From Bacteroides sp. (GTDB taxonomy: Bacteria > Bacteroidota > Bacteroidia > Bacteroidales > Muribaculaceae), in assembly GCA_014803765.1 (NCBI GenBank), contig JAAVBC010000010.1, positions 26,451 to 90,450 on the forward strand: a DNA stretch of 64,000 nt. The letters run 5' to 3'. The first letter of the stretch is position 1, and every line of letters starts with the position of its first letter. This document shows, piece after piece, positions 29,814-40,531 of the stretch. A program made the translations under genes and the position numbers. Under the pieces are notes generated by a model. That model made no database searches and was not told where the DNA came from. It was given only the letters and a program-made list of their open reading frames with translations.

Positions 29814-31334
29814 TTAAAATTTGTGGATCTTCTGCAGGCGGGCACTCAGGAACGGGATATTCTCGAAAATGCCGACAATGCAGACATACGTCGCCAGCAA
29901 CATAAGGCGTATAAGATATGTCAGCCACATCATACCCGGAAATTCCGTGAAGTAGGCAATCGCATAGAAAGCTACGGCTATTACTGAATACGCCCCTATT
30001 CTCCCGATCTGATAGGGGAGGGGGTAATAATGTCTGCCGACAAAATAACTCAGTACCATCACTATGAAATAACTGATAAACGCAGCCCACGCACACCCGA
30101 GATACCCGTCAGGAATCCCGATCGCAGGCACCAGCCAAAGATTGAGCCCCAACATCAGCGCGAAACACAGCAGTGAGAAATACATCCCCCATTGGGTCCT
30201 GTCGGTCAATTTATACCAAAGCGATAGATTGAAAAACACTCCGAAGAAGAGTTCCGCCATCATCATTATAGGCACAACCCTCAATCCCGCCCAATAACCG
30301 GGAGCCACAAAATATTTCAGCAGGGGCAGGAAGAACATTACCCCTAAGAATATCAGCAAACCGAAGATGACAAAGTATTTCATTGCATCGCAATAAGCCC
30401 GACTCTGACTTTCTCCCTCCGCCTTCGCCTGCGAGAAGATAAAGGGTTCGTAGGCATACCTGAACGCCTGCGTAAACATCACCATTACAATGGCTATCTT
30501 TATGTTCGCGCCATATATACCGACCATCGTGCGTGCCGCTTCCGGATTATGCGGGAAAAGATAGGGAATAAGGATCTGACCCATATTCTGACTCAGGATG
30601 CCTGCCACACCCAATATCAGCAAAGGCCAGCTATAATTCAACATTTTGCTGAGAAGAGGGGCGTCAAAACGCCATCTCCTTCCTGTCATCCAGGGGGTCA
30701 GCAATACTAATACGGACAGAGTCGAAATCAGGTTGGCTACGAAAATCCAACCGATGCCGAAGGCATTTCCGCCCATCGGCGTGTACCACCATGAAATCCA
30801 TCCCGGAGCACTCTCCATAATCCTCGGACACGCAAGTATGAAGAAGAGATTAAGCCCTATGTTCACCCCGATACTCGCGAATTTTATCCCTGCGAAGGTC
30901 CATGCCTTGTTCTTATAGCGCAGATAGGCAAAGGGGAGATTAGTGAAGGCATCAATAGCCACTATCACTCCCAACAGCCACACATATTCCTGATGATGCG
31001 GAAGTTTCAATGCGCCCGAAATATTAGGCAAAAAGAGTGTCAGCAGGACGACAAATATTGTTGAAGTGAAAAGAACCGACCATAGCGAGGTCGTATAGAC
31101 TTTCTCAGGATCATCCGATTTATTGGCGAAACGGAAAAAACCGGTCTCCATCCCATAATTCAGAATGACGAGAGCGACAGCCGTAAAACTATACAGAAAA
31201 CTTACTATACCATATTCGGCTGCGACGAATGTATAGACATATAGCGGTGTCAGACCCCAGTTGAGGAATCTTCCGACTATGCTGCTGAGTCCGTAGACCG
31301 CAGTATCTTTTACTAAAGATTTAATTCCTGCCAT
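29814..31334 (-). CDS. Polysaccharide/oligosaccharide flippase (Wzx/MOP family)
   Basis: KSLVKDTAVYGLSSIVGRFLN N-terminus and many TM segments. Follows ruvB, as is usual in Bacteroidales. Confidence 0.88.
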   Translation of the reverse strand: MAGIKSLVKDTAVYGLSSIVGRFLNWGLTPLYVYTFVAAEYGIVSFLYSFTAVALVILNYGMETGFFRFANKSDDPEKVYTTSLWSVLFTSTIFVVLLTLFLPNISGALKLPHHQEYVWLLGVIVAIDAFTNLPFAYLRYKNKAWTFAGIKFASIGVNIGLNLFFILACPRIMESAPGWISWWYTPMGGNAFGIGWIFVANLISTLSVLVLLTPWMTGRRWRFDAPLLSKMLNYSWPLLILGVAGILSQNMGQILIPYLFPHNPEAARTMVGIYGANIKIAIVMVMFTQAFRYAYEPFIFSQAKAEGESQSRAYCDAMKYFVIFGLLIFLGVMFFLPLLKYFVAPGYWAGLRVVPIMMMAELFFGVFFNLSLWYKLTDRTQWGMYFSLLCFALMLGLNLWLVPAIGIPDGYLGCAWAAFISYFIVMVLSYFVGRHYYPLPYQIGRIGAYSVIAVAFYAIAYFTEFPGMMWLTYLIRLMLLATYVCIVGIFENIPFLSARLQKIHKF

Positions 31335-31349
31335 AAGTGTTAGTCAAGA

Positions 31350-32384
31350 TTATTCATCTGCGAAAAGAGAATCCGGATGCTGACGGAAACTCCTCCCCAA
31401 GTGGGTATAGGCGAGTTCTGTCACTTCGCGTCCACGGGGAGTGCGCTTGATGAATCCCTCTTTTATGAGGAATGGTTCGTAGACCTCCTCTATCGTGCCC
31501 GCATCCTCTCCGAGGGCTGTAGCGATAGTGGAGAGTCCGACGGGTCCTCCCTTGAATTTATCAATTATTGTAAGCAGAATCTTATTGTCGATTTCATCCA
31601 GACCATAGCGGTCGATATTCAATGCTTCCAGAGCCATGCGCGCGATGCCGAGAGTAATATGCCCGTCCCCTTTCACCATAGCGAAATCGCGTACACGTCT
31701 CAAGAGGGCGTTGGCAATACGCGGAGTGCCGCGGCTGCGCAATGCTATCTCCAGCGCCGCCTGCTCATCTATGCCTACGCGCAGCAGGCGTGCCGAACGC
31801 TTCACAATGCCGCTCAGCACGTCATGATCATAATATTCCAGATGGCAGTTGATGCCGAAGCGGGCGCGCAGGGGAGAGGTCAATAAGCCGCTGCGGGTCG
31901 TGGCTCCGATCAGAGTAAAGGGAGAAAGGGTCAGCTGCACACTCTTGGCGCCCGGACCCTTGTCAAGAAGAATATCTATTCTATAATCCTCCATCGCGGA
32001 GTACAGATATTCCTCCACAATAGGGTGCAGACGATGAATCTCATCAATGAAGAGCACATCGTGAGGTTCAAGCGACATAAGGATGCCGGCAAGGTCGCCG
32101 GGCTTGTCGAGCACCGGACCTGACGTCACCTTAAATCCTACTCCCAACTCATTCGCCACTATATTGGAAAGAGTTGTCTTTCCCAATCCCGGAGGACCAT
32201 GAAGAAGGGTATGATCAAGCGCTTCGCCACGCAGTCTCGCCGCGCTGACAAAGATTTTAAGGTTAGATATAATCTTCTCCTGACCGCTGAAGTCATCGAA
32301 AGCCAGAGGACGCAGAGCCTTCTCCACATCCCCCTCTGATCCTCCGACGGGACGACTGCCGTCATGTATGTCAAATTCACTCAT
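31350..32384 (-). CDS. ruvB: Holliday junction branch migration helicase RuvB
   Basis: [22 protein letters not shown] and YEPFL...RTPRGR motifs. Confidence 0.98.
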   Translation of the reverse strand: MSEFDIHDGSRPVGGSEGDVEKALRPLAFDDFSGQEKIISNLKIFVSAARLRGEALDHTLLHGPPGLGKTTLSNIVANELGVGFKVTSGPVLDKPGDLAGILMSLEPHDVLFIDEIHRLHPIVEEYLYSAMEDYRIDILLDKGPGAKSVQLTLSPFTLIGATTRSGLLTSPLRARFGINCHLEYYDHDVLSGIVKRSARLLRVGIDEQAALEIALRSRGTPRIANALLRRVRDFAMVKGDGHITLGIARMALEALNIDRYGLDEIDNKILLTIIDKFKGGPVGLSTIATALGEDAGTIEEVYEPFLIKEGFIKRTPRGREVTELAYTHLGRSFRQHPDSLFADE

Positions 32385-32441
32385 TTCTATCAGGTTAGTT
32401 CAGTTTCTTCAGCTAAACATGCTGTCGGGGCGACAACCTTA

Positions 32442-32963
32442 TCAAAGCTGAAGATAATTCAGTTCGTCGCGAATTTCCAATCCGCTCATATTGCGCTTGC
32501 GCGAAATCATTGAAGCGAGCTCGGAAATTGCGGGACGCAGACGCGGATTTCCGAAAATCCGACGATTCTGCATGAAGATACGATTATAGAAAGATTCCAC
32601 TTCATCCTTCTCCAATCCGCAGGTCTCAAGTCCCTCCTGCTCGATTTCGGAATAGACTTTATCCATCACCTCCTTGGGAGCCTCTTCGCCGAGACGCACA
32701 AGGGAACGCGCCAACACGTTTGCCACTACCATGGATGCAGTCAGGTGGAAGTTGCGTATCAGATTCTCCCACACCATCTTCGGCGACACTGCCGGAGACA
32801 GGGAGTAATAATATTCCTGTGAAAATGTCACCATCGGTCCGTCGGCATCAAGTGAAATGCCTACAACCTTGTCGATCGCGTCGAGCGAAGCCAGCGAAAT
32901 AGTCATCCCGGCAAGTCCGAACGCGCGGTCATCCTCGTTGCTATAATTTAATGTCAATGCCAT
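32442..32963 (-). CDS. Conserved hypothetical protein
   Basis: Long co-directional ORF upstream of ruvB; likely start MALTLNY at 32963. Confidence 0.7.
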   Translation of the reverse strand: MALTLNYSNEDDRAFGLAGMTISLASLDAIDKVVGISLDADGPMVTFSQEYYYSLSPAVSPKMVWENLIRNFHLTASMVVANVLARSLVRLGEEAPKEVMDKVYSEIEQEGLETCGLEKDEVESFYNRIFMQNRRIFGNPRLRPAISELASMISRKRNMSGLEIRDELNYLQL

Positions 32964-33062
32964 CTCTTTTTGTTTTTCCTGTGGTTTGGGATAGCCCCTC
33001 AAGGATCGAATTAATCAATCGGAGCTTATTAATAAAACATCGTCCGTCCTCTCCGGGTTCAT

Positions 33063-34901
33063 TCAGAAAAGCCACTGCAGACCTCCGGCAATGACAATCC
33101 CTTCCGTCGGCAGACACGGCAGAATCTCCGCCTTTTGATTCAGCAGATTATCAGCCTGGAAATGAATTGAGAATCTGTCGGTAAAGCTCCATGATGCACG
33201 GAAATTCAGACGTGTTATATCACGAAGACGCATGGAGGCGAGTTCCGGCTTTTCCGAGAGATATTCATCCGATCCCCCGACATATAGTCCTTTCATCGAT
33301 GGATCGGGATAATAAGTAGTGAAGATTCGGCGGACTCCTCTGTATTGATAGGCGAGGGTCAGGGAGAGTTTATCCAGAGGATTTACGGTGGCGACGGCAT
33401 TCAGAGTCCAGCGCGGACGGTCGAGTCCGTTGAAGATGCCCGTCGCATCATGCTGGGGCGTATATGTGCCGTCAACACCGAGTGTCAGATATCGGCTCAG
33501 CTTGTAGCCAAGATCAACTCCTACTCCGAATCCTGATATGTTATAACGCTGCAGTCCGTCGCCATATTCTGCAATCGCTCCTGCGGGGAGTTGTAACCCG
33601 GGGATGGAGGAGACATGTCCGTAGTCGAGAATGGCTGAATACCATCCTCCTGCCCAGACATTGCGTGTCACCTTGTACTGAAGATTAAGCCTCGCCCTGA
33701 AGCCGGCGAAGGGGGTCAGCTCCATCCCAATATTCACATCCAGCGGAGTGTAGACGGGGCGTGTTGAAAGGAGCTGAGGATTGCGGTAGGGATCAAGTTG
33801 CGAAGTCCCGGCAAGGGTGTGAAGTTCCGTCCCTCCGAGAAGATGGATATAAAAACCGACATTTTTCCCCGTCACATCAAATCGCACGTCGGGCGCGGCA
33901 TGGAAGAAGCCGTAATGTTCGCCGGCTTTCGCGCCGTCGGCATTGAATGTCAGGTCAAGGTCTGCCCCTACTCGAAGTGTCATGGAATTGCGCGTCAGAC
34001 GATAGTAGGGATTCAGACAGACGGAACCATACGTATCCGGACGCGGCATATCATGTGCGGAAGATTTGTAAGTCAGCACATCCGCATCAACATTCAGTCC
34101 GAGTGATGAGGCTGCCGACCAACTGTGGCTGATTCCGCCGTCGATCATTATGTCAAGTTCTCGGGTCGCTGTCCGATAACCGAAATAGCGTACTCCTGCC
34201 GCAGCATTCCAGGCGAGTCTGCGGTCGGCGGAAGCGGAACGCCAGCCGATGCGGGCTGCCACATCATTGAGAGTCTGCGTAGGCGCCTCATATTTCACTC
34301 CGGCGGAGGTCTGTGGAGGACGCGACGCGTCGGGCGCATACATAATCGGATCACCCCCATAATAATTGAAGTATCCTAAATGATATTGCCCTGAAACACT
34401 CAATGTCCCTTTGCCTGCGAAGATTTTGGAATAATCTACCCCTATTTCCTCCTGATAGCTGAATCTCGTCGGGGATTCAGCACCGAAAGGACGCCACAGG
34501 GAGGTGGAATTATGCTGAAGCCTCACCCCGAGATGCTGCTCCTTGCTTCTAAGAATGGAGTAGCCCGCCGAAAGGTCGGAGTCAAGCCATGAACCCAATG
34601 TCAGGTTGATATATCCGCGCGGTATAAAACCTTTGCGCTCCGCGCCCCATACAGTCGCCAATGCATCCGGAGCCGATGGGGAGAAGTCGGCAGGTACGCC
34701 CCTTGTAGAATATTCCAGTTTGCTGTCGGCAGCCTGGAAACGCTCGAACTGAGGCAAGCGGTCGAGGCGATGTGCCGGGAGCTTATCATACTCATATTGA
34801 CCCTCCACTTCCAGTCTTTCATGCAATTCCTGCGCGCATAGGGGCATCACGGCTGCAAGCGACAGCATCGAAGCTAAAAATCTGTATTCTGATTTCTTCA
34901 T
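33063..34901 (-). CDS. Outer-membrane beta-barrel (TonB-dependent receptor-like) protein
   Basis: Signal peptide, amphipathic beta-strands, DNLLNQK and C-terminal GGLQWLF. Confidence 0.75.
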   Translation of the reverse strand: MKKSEYRFLASMLSLAAVMPLCAQELHERLEVEGQYEYDKLPAHRLDRLPQFERFQAADSKLEYSTRGVPADFSPSAPDALATVWGAERKGFIPRGYINLTLGSWLDSDLSAGYSILRSKEQHLGVRLQHNSTSLWRPFGAESPTRFSYQEEIGVDYSKIFAGKGTLSVSGQYHLGYFNYYGGDPIMYAPDASRPPQTSAGVKYEAPTQTLNDVAARIGWRSASADRRLAWNAAAGVRYFGYRTATRELDIMIDGGISHSWSAASSLGLNVDADVLTYKSSAHDMPRPDTYGSVCLNPYYRLTRNSMTLRVGADLDLTFNADGAKAGEHYGFFHAAPDVRFDVTGKNVGFYIHLLGGTELHTLAGTSQLDPYRNPQLLSTRPVYTPLDVNIGMELTPFAGFRARLNLQYKVTRNVWAGGWYSAILDYGHVSSIPGLQLPAGAIAEYGDGLQRYNISGFGVGVDLGYKLSRYLTLGVDGTYTPQHDATGIFNGLDRPRWTLNAVATVNPLDKLSLTLAYQYRGVRRIFTTYYPDPSMKGLYVGGSDEYLSEKPELASMRLRDITRLNFRASWSFTDRFSIHFQADNLLNQKAEILPCLPTEGIVIAGGLQWLF

Positions 34902-34926
34902 GACATTTACTGTTATTTCGCCCGGC

Positions 34927-37869
34927 TCAACGCTTCAGACGGGAGTTGATCATCTTTTTAATATCGGCTTCATCGCCGGGATAATTCTCTTCCAGCACTT
35001 TCAGATATTCCTGTGCGAGATAATCCTTTCCCTGCGCCGTATAGGCATCAGCAAGGACAATAAAACCTCTCGCTACCCAGTATTGTTCCTCAGAGCCCGA
35101 GGATGTGAAGCTCTCCATCATAGTTGCAGCCTTTGCCGCATCTCCGGAGTCAAGGAGATTCTGAGCGAGTGTCACGGCGCTGCGTGCGCCTGCTGCGGAG
35201 AAGGGATTGGCGGCAAGTCGCTCCAGAGTGGCGCGGGCTACGCTCTTTTCGTTTCCTGACGGTGATTTCAACCTGTCGGCAGCGACATAATATTCCGCTT
35301 CATCACGCGCTTCCGCAGATGCTCCACCCTCCGCCAATATCTTACGGGCATATTCTGAACGAGTCGCGGCATTGTCGGTCGTACGCATTATTCCGGTAAA
35401 TGCCGCCATCCTGTTCTCCGGACCTCCGTAGCGTTCCACATTCAGATATGCAGCCGATGCATTCTGACGATCATCCGCTTCATAATAGTAGTCTGCAAGA
35501 TGGAGCCACGCCTCGCCGGCATTATCTCCGGAAGGGTATTTCTCCAAATATTCCTTAATTCCGGATATATTGGAGGGATTCTCCAGATACTCGCTTTGGG
35601 CAGTCTCAAACATCAGGGCAGCCATATCCTTCTCTCCTAAAGAGAAGCCGGGAATACCCTTCAGGAACTCTGCGTATTCAGGAAGCTGATGCGTGTCTGC
35701 ATAATAGCGTCTTAACTCCTTGTCGGCGAGACGCGCCTCATCGGAATAGGGGCGGATCTTGAGCAATTTACTGAGTACATCGACCCCTTTTTCCTTCTTT
35801 CCGGCATCGAAATATGCCTGTGCCATTCCGAGCATAGCCTCTGAAGCACGCGGATCGGAGGGATTGCGGTCGACAATTCGGGAGTATGCTTCGGCAGCCT
35901 TCATCGGATTCCCTGTGGAGGAATAAGCATCGGCAAGATCCGACATCACTTCGCTTATCAGCGGCGAACCCCCGAATTCACGCTCAAATCTCTCCAATTC
36001 TGCAATCTTGCCGGAGAGATCTCCCTCTCTTCCGAGAATACGCGCATAGCGATAGGAGGCGTAGTCGGCTCCCGTGCCTTCCCCTTTCAACTGCCGATAG
36101 TCATTTTTTGCTGATGCGTAATCGCCCGTATAATACTTGCAGTCTGCTATTCTAACTGCAGCATCCCTGCGCATCTCCGGAGTCAGGGCAGTCAGCGAAC
36201 CGGATATGGGACGGAAATAGCGTGATGCATCGGCATATTTTCCAAGCTGATACTTCGTATATCCGAGGTCGTAACGGAGAATATCCTCATTCTCTCCGGC
36301 ATATCCGCTCTTCAACGCTGCTTCGTACGCACTTTCCGCACTGCGGTAATTACCGCTGCGATACTCAGCATCACCGAGCCAAATATATGCCTGGGCTGTC
36401 AGCTTGGGATCGTTGCTCTTGATTGCGACACATTGTTTGAGCAATTCCGCAGCCTTACGCGCTTTACCTTGCGACAGGGAGGATGCGCCGGCAGCGTAAT
36501 ATATCTTCTGTTTCAGATGAAGGTCGTCGGCAGAAGGGCGACGCAGACGATCGATCGCGCCGACAGCCTTTTCGTAATCTCCCTGCTGATAATACATCCA
36601 TGCCAGATGGCGTTCCACTGCGGGGGTGTACTGCGACTGAGGATAGGACTCTATGAATCTTTCGAGCATTTCCACATTATTGTCGAAGGGGATATTGCCA
36701 CCCTGCGAACTTGCGGCGACATAGTTATAAAGAGCCGCCTCTGCCACTTTCGGGTCATAGCTCATGCGATATGCCTTTTCGAAGTCTATGGCTGCTCCGG
36801 AAGGATTTCCGGAGAGGGCTTCTATCTGTCCGAGATAGAGATAGGATCCCTGAGCGAGAATATCATGGTTGCCGAGCAGGGGAGCTAAACGTTTGGCAGC
36901 CGATTCATATCTTCCGGCTTCATATTCGCAGACTCCGAGGGCATATCGGGCATCATCCGTAGCATTCTCACCCATAGCTCCTACATAGGAATCCAGCAAT
37001 CCCTCAGCTCTGAGGTATTCTCCCGTCTCATATTCCGATAATCCATAGACCCTCATGGTCTCAAGCTTCATCTGCTCTTCCGGGAGATTATCACGCTTCA
37101 GGATTCCTTGTGCCATCTTCGCACACTTTTCCCATTCTCCAAGACGGAAGTAGCATTGAGCCAGATAGAATTCCGGATACAACCGCTCTCCGAGAAGAAT
37201 CTTTCTGAGTCTGAGATCCTCATTATTCTGAATCTTTGCTACATTCTCAAACCTCTCTACTGCGGAGTGGGTGTCATCCCCGACATAGTCGAGATAACCG
37301 AGATAATAATCGGCAAGAAGTGCATAATCTTTTGATTTTTCAAGGGAGCGGAATAGCGGACGCGCTTCTTTGTAAAAACCCCGGCGCAGCATGCAGACCC
37401 CCTCGCGATAGCTGTAAAGATTTCGCTTATCGGAGGTCAGAAGATTCAGGTCGACACGCTTATATTCTTCCAGCGCCCGACTCCAATCGGCTGCAAAGAA
37501 ATAGAAGTCGCCTGTCAGCAGAATAGCTGTGGAAGCGTCGGCAGATGCAGGATAGTCAGCCGCATATTCTCGTAATATTTCGATGCAACGTTGATCGCCG
37601 GTAGAAAAATAAGCATTTCCAAGCAGGAAAATGAACTCCTGCTCCTCATCGGGAGTAAGTGGGATATCTTCGGTCGCTATGGAAATAAGAGCATCAATGG
37701 CAGCCGGAAAATTGGATGCAGCTGTCATTTCGCGACTGCGTTGCAGCGTAGGGGAGAGGGTATACGCGGAAGCATTATTATAATCCGGAAGCCAGGCGGA
37801 CGCCGGCAGAGCGCACACCAATCCTAATGCTAAAGAGGATATAATCTTATGAATGTTTCGATGAATCAT
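34927..37869 (-). CDS. Large periplasmic tetratricopeptide repeat protein
   Basis: Signal peptide and many TPRs (YxLGY, A.Y..A, YP.S turns). Confidence 0.9.
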   Translation of the reverse strand: MIHRNIHKIISSLALGLVCALPASAWLPDYNNASAYTLSPTLQRSREMTAASNFPAAIDALISIATEDIPLTPDEEQEFIFLLGNAYFSTGDQRCIEILREYAADYPASADASTAILLTGDFYFFAADWSRALEEYKRVDLNLLTSDKRNLYSYREGVCMLRRGFYKEARPLFRSLEKSKDYALLADYYLGYLDYVGDDTHSAVERFENVAKIQNNEDLRLRKILLGERLYPEFYLAQCYFRLGEWEKCAKMAQGILKRDNLPEEQMKLETMRVYGLSEYETGEYLRAEGLLDSYVGAMGENATDDARYALGVCEYEAGRYESAAKRLAPLLGNHDILAQGSYLYLGQIEALSGNPSGAAIDFEKAYRMSYDPKVAEAALYNYVAASSQGGNIPFDNNVEMLERFIESYPQSQYTPAVERHLAWMYYQQGDYEKAVGAIDRLRRPSADDLHLKQKIYYAAGASSLSQGKARKAAELLKQCVAIKSNDPKLTAQAYIWLGDAEYRSGNYRSAESAYEAALKSGYAGENEDILRYDLGYTKYQLGKYADASRYFRPISGSLTALTPEMRRDAAVRIADCKYYTGDYASAKNDYRQLKGEGTGADYASYRYARILGREGDLSGKIAELERFEREFGGSPLISEVMSDLADAYSSTGNPMKAAEAYSRIVDRNPSDPRASEAMLGMAQAYFDAGKKEKGVDVLSKLLKIRPYSDEARLADKELRRYYADTHQLPEYAEFLKGIPGFSLGEKDMAALMFETAQSEYLENPSNISGIKEYLEKYPSGDNAGEAWLHLADYYYEADDRQNASAAYLNVERYGGPENRMAAFTGIMRTTDNAATRSEYARKILAEGGASAEARDEAEYYVAADRLKSPSGNEKSVARATLERLAANPFSAAGARSAVTLAQNLLDSGDAAKAATMMESFTSSGSEEQYWVARGFIVLADAYTAQGKDYLAQEYLKVLEENYPGDEADIKKMINSRLKR

Positions 37870-37929
37870 GAATCAGAGAGGAGTTGTGGATTAGGAGTTA
37901 GGGATGAAGAGTCAGGAGTAAGAAATTAT

Positions 37930-37972
37930 AAAAAAGTTGAGGCCGGCAGTCTTGGAAAGACTACCGACCTCA
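37930..37972 (-). terminator. Terminator of the tRNA-Glu/rpsT operon
   Basis: TGAGGCCGGCAGTC...GACTACCGACCTCA hairpin next to an A tract on + (U tract on -). Confidence 0.75.
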
Positions 37973-37996
37973 GGGGATAGGATGGATTTGGGGAAG

Positions 37997-38068
37997 TAGC
38001 CCATAGCAGAGTCGAACTGCTCTTTAGAGAATGAAAATCTCTCGTCCTAACCGATAGACGAATGGGCC
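37997..38068 (-). tRNA. tRNA-Glu(TTC), no encoded CCA
   Basis: Reverse complement reads GGCCCAT...GAGATTTTCATTCTC...GTTCGACT...ATGGGCTA. Confidence 0.95.
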
Positions 38069-38184
38069 AGCCTGATCGAATCTGACGCTGCGTGACTGAA
38101 TTTCAATCCGGAGACTGAACTCGCGGCATCACGATATCGATATTTCTTGTTATGAAACGGTGTCGCTTTTTAAGCCTGACGATC

Positions 38185-38439
38185 TTAGGCAAGACCGTTG
38201 ATGTGATGCATCATACCGCTGCAAAGGTTGGCAGCCTTATTCTTTGAGATCACATTCTTACGACCGAGACGCTGAAGAAGTGCGCTTACTTTATTGTAGG
38301 CAGCTGTAGCCTCAGCCTTGTCTGTCATTTTACGCACGTTGCGGACAGCATTGCGCGCAGTCTTTGCCCAATAGCGGTTCTCAAGTCTACGCTTCTCCGC
38401 CTGGCGAATTCTTTTTAATGATGATTTATGATTTGCCAT
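38185..38439 (-). CDS. rpsT: 30S ribosomal protein S20
   Basis: [13 protein letters not shown]...KNKAAN. Confidence 0.97.
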   Translation of the reverse strand: MANHKSSLKRIRQAEKRRLENRYWAKTARNAVRNVRKMTDKAEATAAYNKVSALLQRLGRKNVISKNKAANLCSGMMHHINGLA

Positions 38440-38478
38440 CTTAAAAATTAATTTCTTTCTTTTCCTATCAATATTATT

Positions 38479-38553
38479 TGGTAGCCCATAGCAGAGTCGA
38501 ACTGCTCTTTAGAGAATGAAAATCTCTCGTCCTAACCGATAGACGAATGGGCC
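38479..38553 (-). tRNA. tRNA-Glu(TTC), CCA encoded
   Basis: Identical to the other copy, plus a 3' CCA. Confidence 0.95.
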
Positions 38554-38598
38554 ACATGTCGCAACTGCCAAGCCCTTGACGGGGGCATTTTGCAAGTG

Positions 38599-38630
38599 CA
38601 AAGTTAAACAACTTTTTTAATTCTCGCAAA
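38599..38630 (-). promoter_or_regulatory. Sigma-A promoter for tRNA-Glu-rpsT-tRNA-Glu
   Basis: On the - strand: TTTG (38630-38627), a 20-nt spacer, then TAACTTTG (38606-38599). Confidence 0.8.
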
Positions 38631-38813
38631 TTTTTCTGCAATTTCTTCATTTTTTTTCGTAAATTTGTGTGAATTTCTCCTCTAAACCCTCCTCTAAACC
38701 CTCTTTTACCCCCTTTTCGGACTCTTACTCGATTATTTTTATGTGGGTGGAGGTCTTTGGCTGAGTCTGATTTGTAACCCTATTTCTGTTTCCCCGCTTA
38801 TTCCGGATTCATT

Positions 38814-40487
38814 ATGATTAAAATTTTCTGTGTCAACACCAACGATTATCTCGAGATTCCGGGCGGAACGACTCTCGCCGAGGTGGCTGCCTCTCTCGCT
38901 GATTCCCTCCGCCTCTCTCCTGTCTGCGCCCTCGTAAATAATAAGACGGAGAGCCTGGACTATAATATATATGCACCCAAGCGTATCGAATTTCTTGATT
39001 CCTCTTCCCCTGCAGGACGCAGAGTCCTTATCCGCTCTCTCTGCATGGTCCTTTATCGTGCCGTCTGCTCTCTGTCGCCTCAACGCGGACTAAGAATCGA
39101 ACATTCTATCTCCGGCGGCTATCTATGTCATCTTATAGATAAGGAGGGCAATATTATCATCCCTTCCGCAGAGGAACTCGATTCAATCCGCGAGTGCATG
39201 GCGCGCCTTATAGCGGAAAATCATCCCTTTGTCGGGCATGAACTCCCGACTGAGGATGTGGCAAAAATTTATGCCGATCAGAATCTGGATTCGAAAGTAA
39301 AACTTCTCGATACCCTCAATCAGCTCTACACTCCTTTCTATACTCTCGACGGAGTGGCTGATTCTTATTATACACCTCTGCTCCACTCTACAGGTTTCAT
39401 CTCTTCTTTCGACATAATCGCCCATCACGACGGCTTTCTCCTCATGGGTCCGAATCCGGAGAACCCCGATGTCCCCGTCAGCCCGGTCACTCAGGAGAAG
39501 ATGTATGAGGCTTTCCGACGCTATCTCCGCCTGAACCGCGCAATAAAGGTCAGCAGCGTAGGCGAACTGAATGAGGTCGTGCAGGCGCGTCAGGTCGCAG
39601 AACTTATCCATGTCGCCGAGGCGATGCATGAAAAGCATCTTGCCTCCATCGCTGAAAGTATCGCCGACCGCAACCGCGACGGGGGAGCCCGCGTCGTCCT
39701 CCTCGCCGGTCCGTCCTCTTCCGGAAAGACCACCACTACCAAGCGTCTCGCGATTCAGATGATGACCAATCTCAAGACGCCGCGCATGATATCTCTCGAC
39801 GATTATTTCGTCGACCGCGATAAAACCCCTCTCGATGAACATGGGGAATATGATTATGAATCTCTATATGCACTCGACCTCGAACGCCTGAACTCCGACC
39901 TTCAGCAACTCATAGCCGGGAAGACCATCAATCTCCCGACCTATTCTTTCGAACTCGGAAGACGTGTCCATAAGGAACGCCCGCTCTCGCTCGCCCCGGA
40001 TGAAGTGCTCCTTATCGAGGGAATCCACGGACTGAACCCGGAACTCACCCGCGCTATTCCGAATGATGATGTCTTTAAGGTCTATGTGTCGGCGCTCACC
40101 TCCCTAAATATAGACGATCATAACTGGATATCTTCTACCGACAACCGACTCTTGCGTCGAATTGTGCGCGATCATAAATATCGAAGCACATCCGCTCTCG
40201 ACACCCTGCGCCGCTGGGCGAGTGTGAGACGCGGCGAGGAGAAATGGATCTTCCCCTTCCAGGAGAATGCGGATGCCACTTTCAATTCTTCCCTGATTTT
40301 CGAACTGGGAGTGATGAAAGATTACGCCGAGCCCCTCCTGCGCCGTGTGCCTCATTCAAGCGAACATTATGCGGAGGCTTACAGATTGCTGAAGTTCCTC
40401 TCTTTCTTCGAACCTATACCTTCTGACCAGATACCGACCACCTCTCTTCTTCGCGAATTCCTCGGAGGCTCAAGCTTCCATTATTGA
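38814..40487 (+). CDS. Nucleoside (uridine) kinase with N-terminal ThrRS-like TGS/editing region
   Basis: LAGPSSSGKTT, SLDDYF, IEGIHGLN and RRIVRD motifs; ends EFLGGSSFHY. Confidence 0.9.
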   Translation: MIKIFCVNTNDYLEIPGGTTLAEVAASLADSLRLSPVCALVNNKTESLDYNIYAPKRIEFLDSSSPAGRRVLIRSLCMVLYRAVCSLSPQRGLRIEHSISGGYLCHLIDKEGNIIIPSAEELDSIRECMARLIAENHPFVGHELPTEDVAKIYADQNLDSKVKLLDTLNQLYTPFYTLDGVADSYYTPLLHSTGFISSFDIIAHHDGFLLMGPNPENPDVPVSPVTQEKMYEAFRRYLRLNRAIKVSSVGELNEVVQARQVAELIHVAEAMHEKHLASIAESIADRNRDGGARVVLLAGPSSSGKTTTTKRLAIQMMTNLKTPRMISLDDYFVDRDKTPLDEHGEYDYESLYALDLERLNSDLQQLIAGKTINLPTYSFELGRRVHKERPLSLAPDEVLLIEGIHGLNPELTRAIPNDDVFKVYVSALTSLNIDDHNWISSTDNRLLRRIVRDHKYRSTSALDTLRRWASVRRGEEKWIFPFQENADATFNSSLIFELGVMKDYAEPLLRRVPHSSEHYAEAYRLLKFLSFFEPIPSDQIPTTSLLREFLGGSSFHY

Positions 40488-40531
40488 TTTCACATATTCA
40501 AAACACCCTCCCTCTCTTCCCCTGAAATGAC

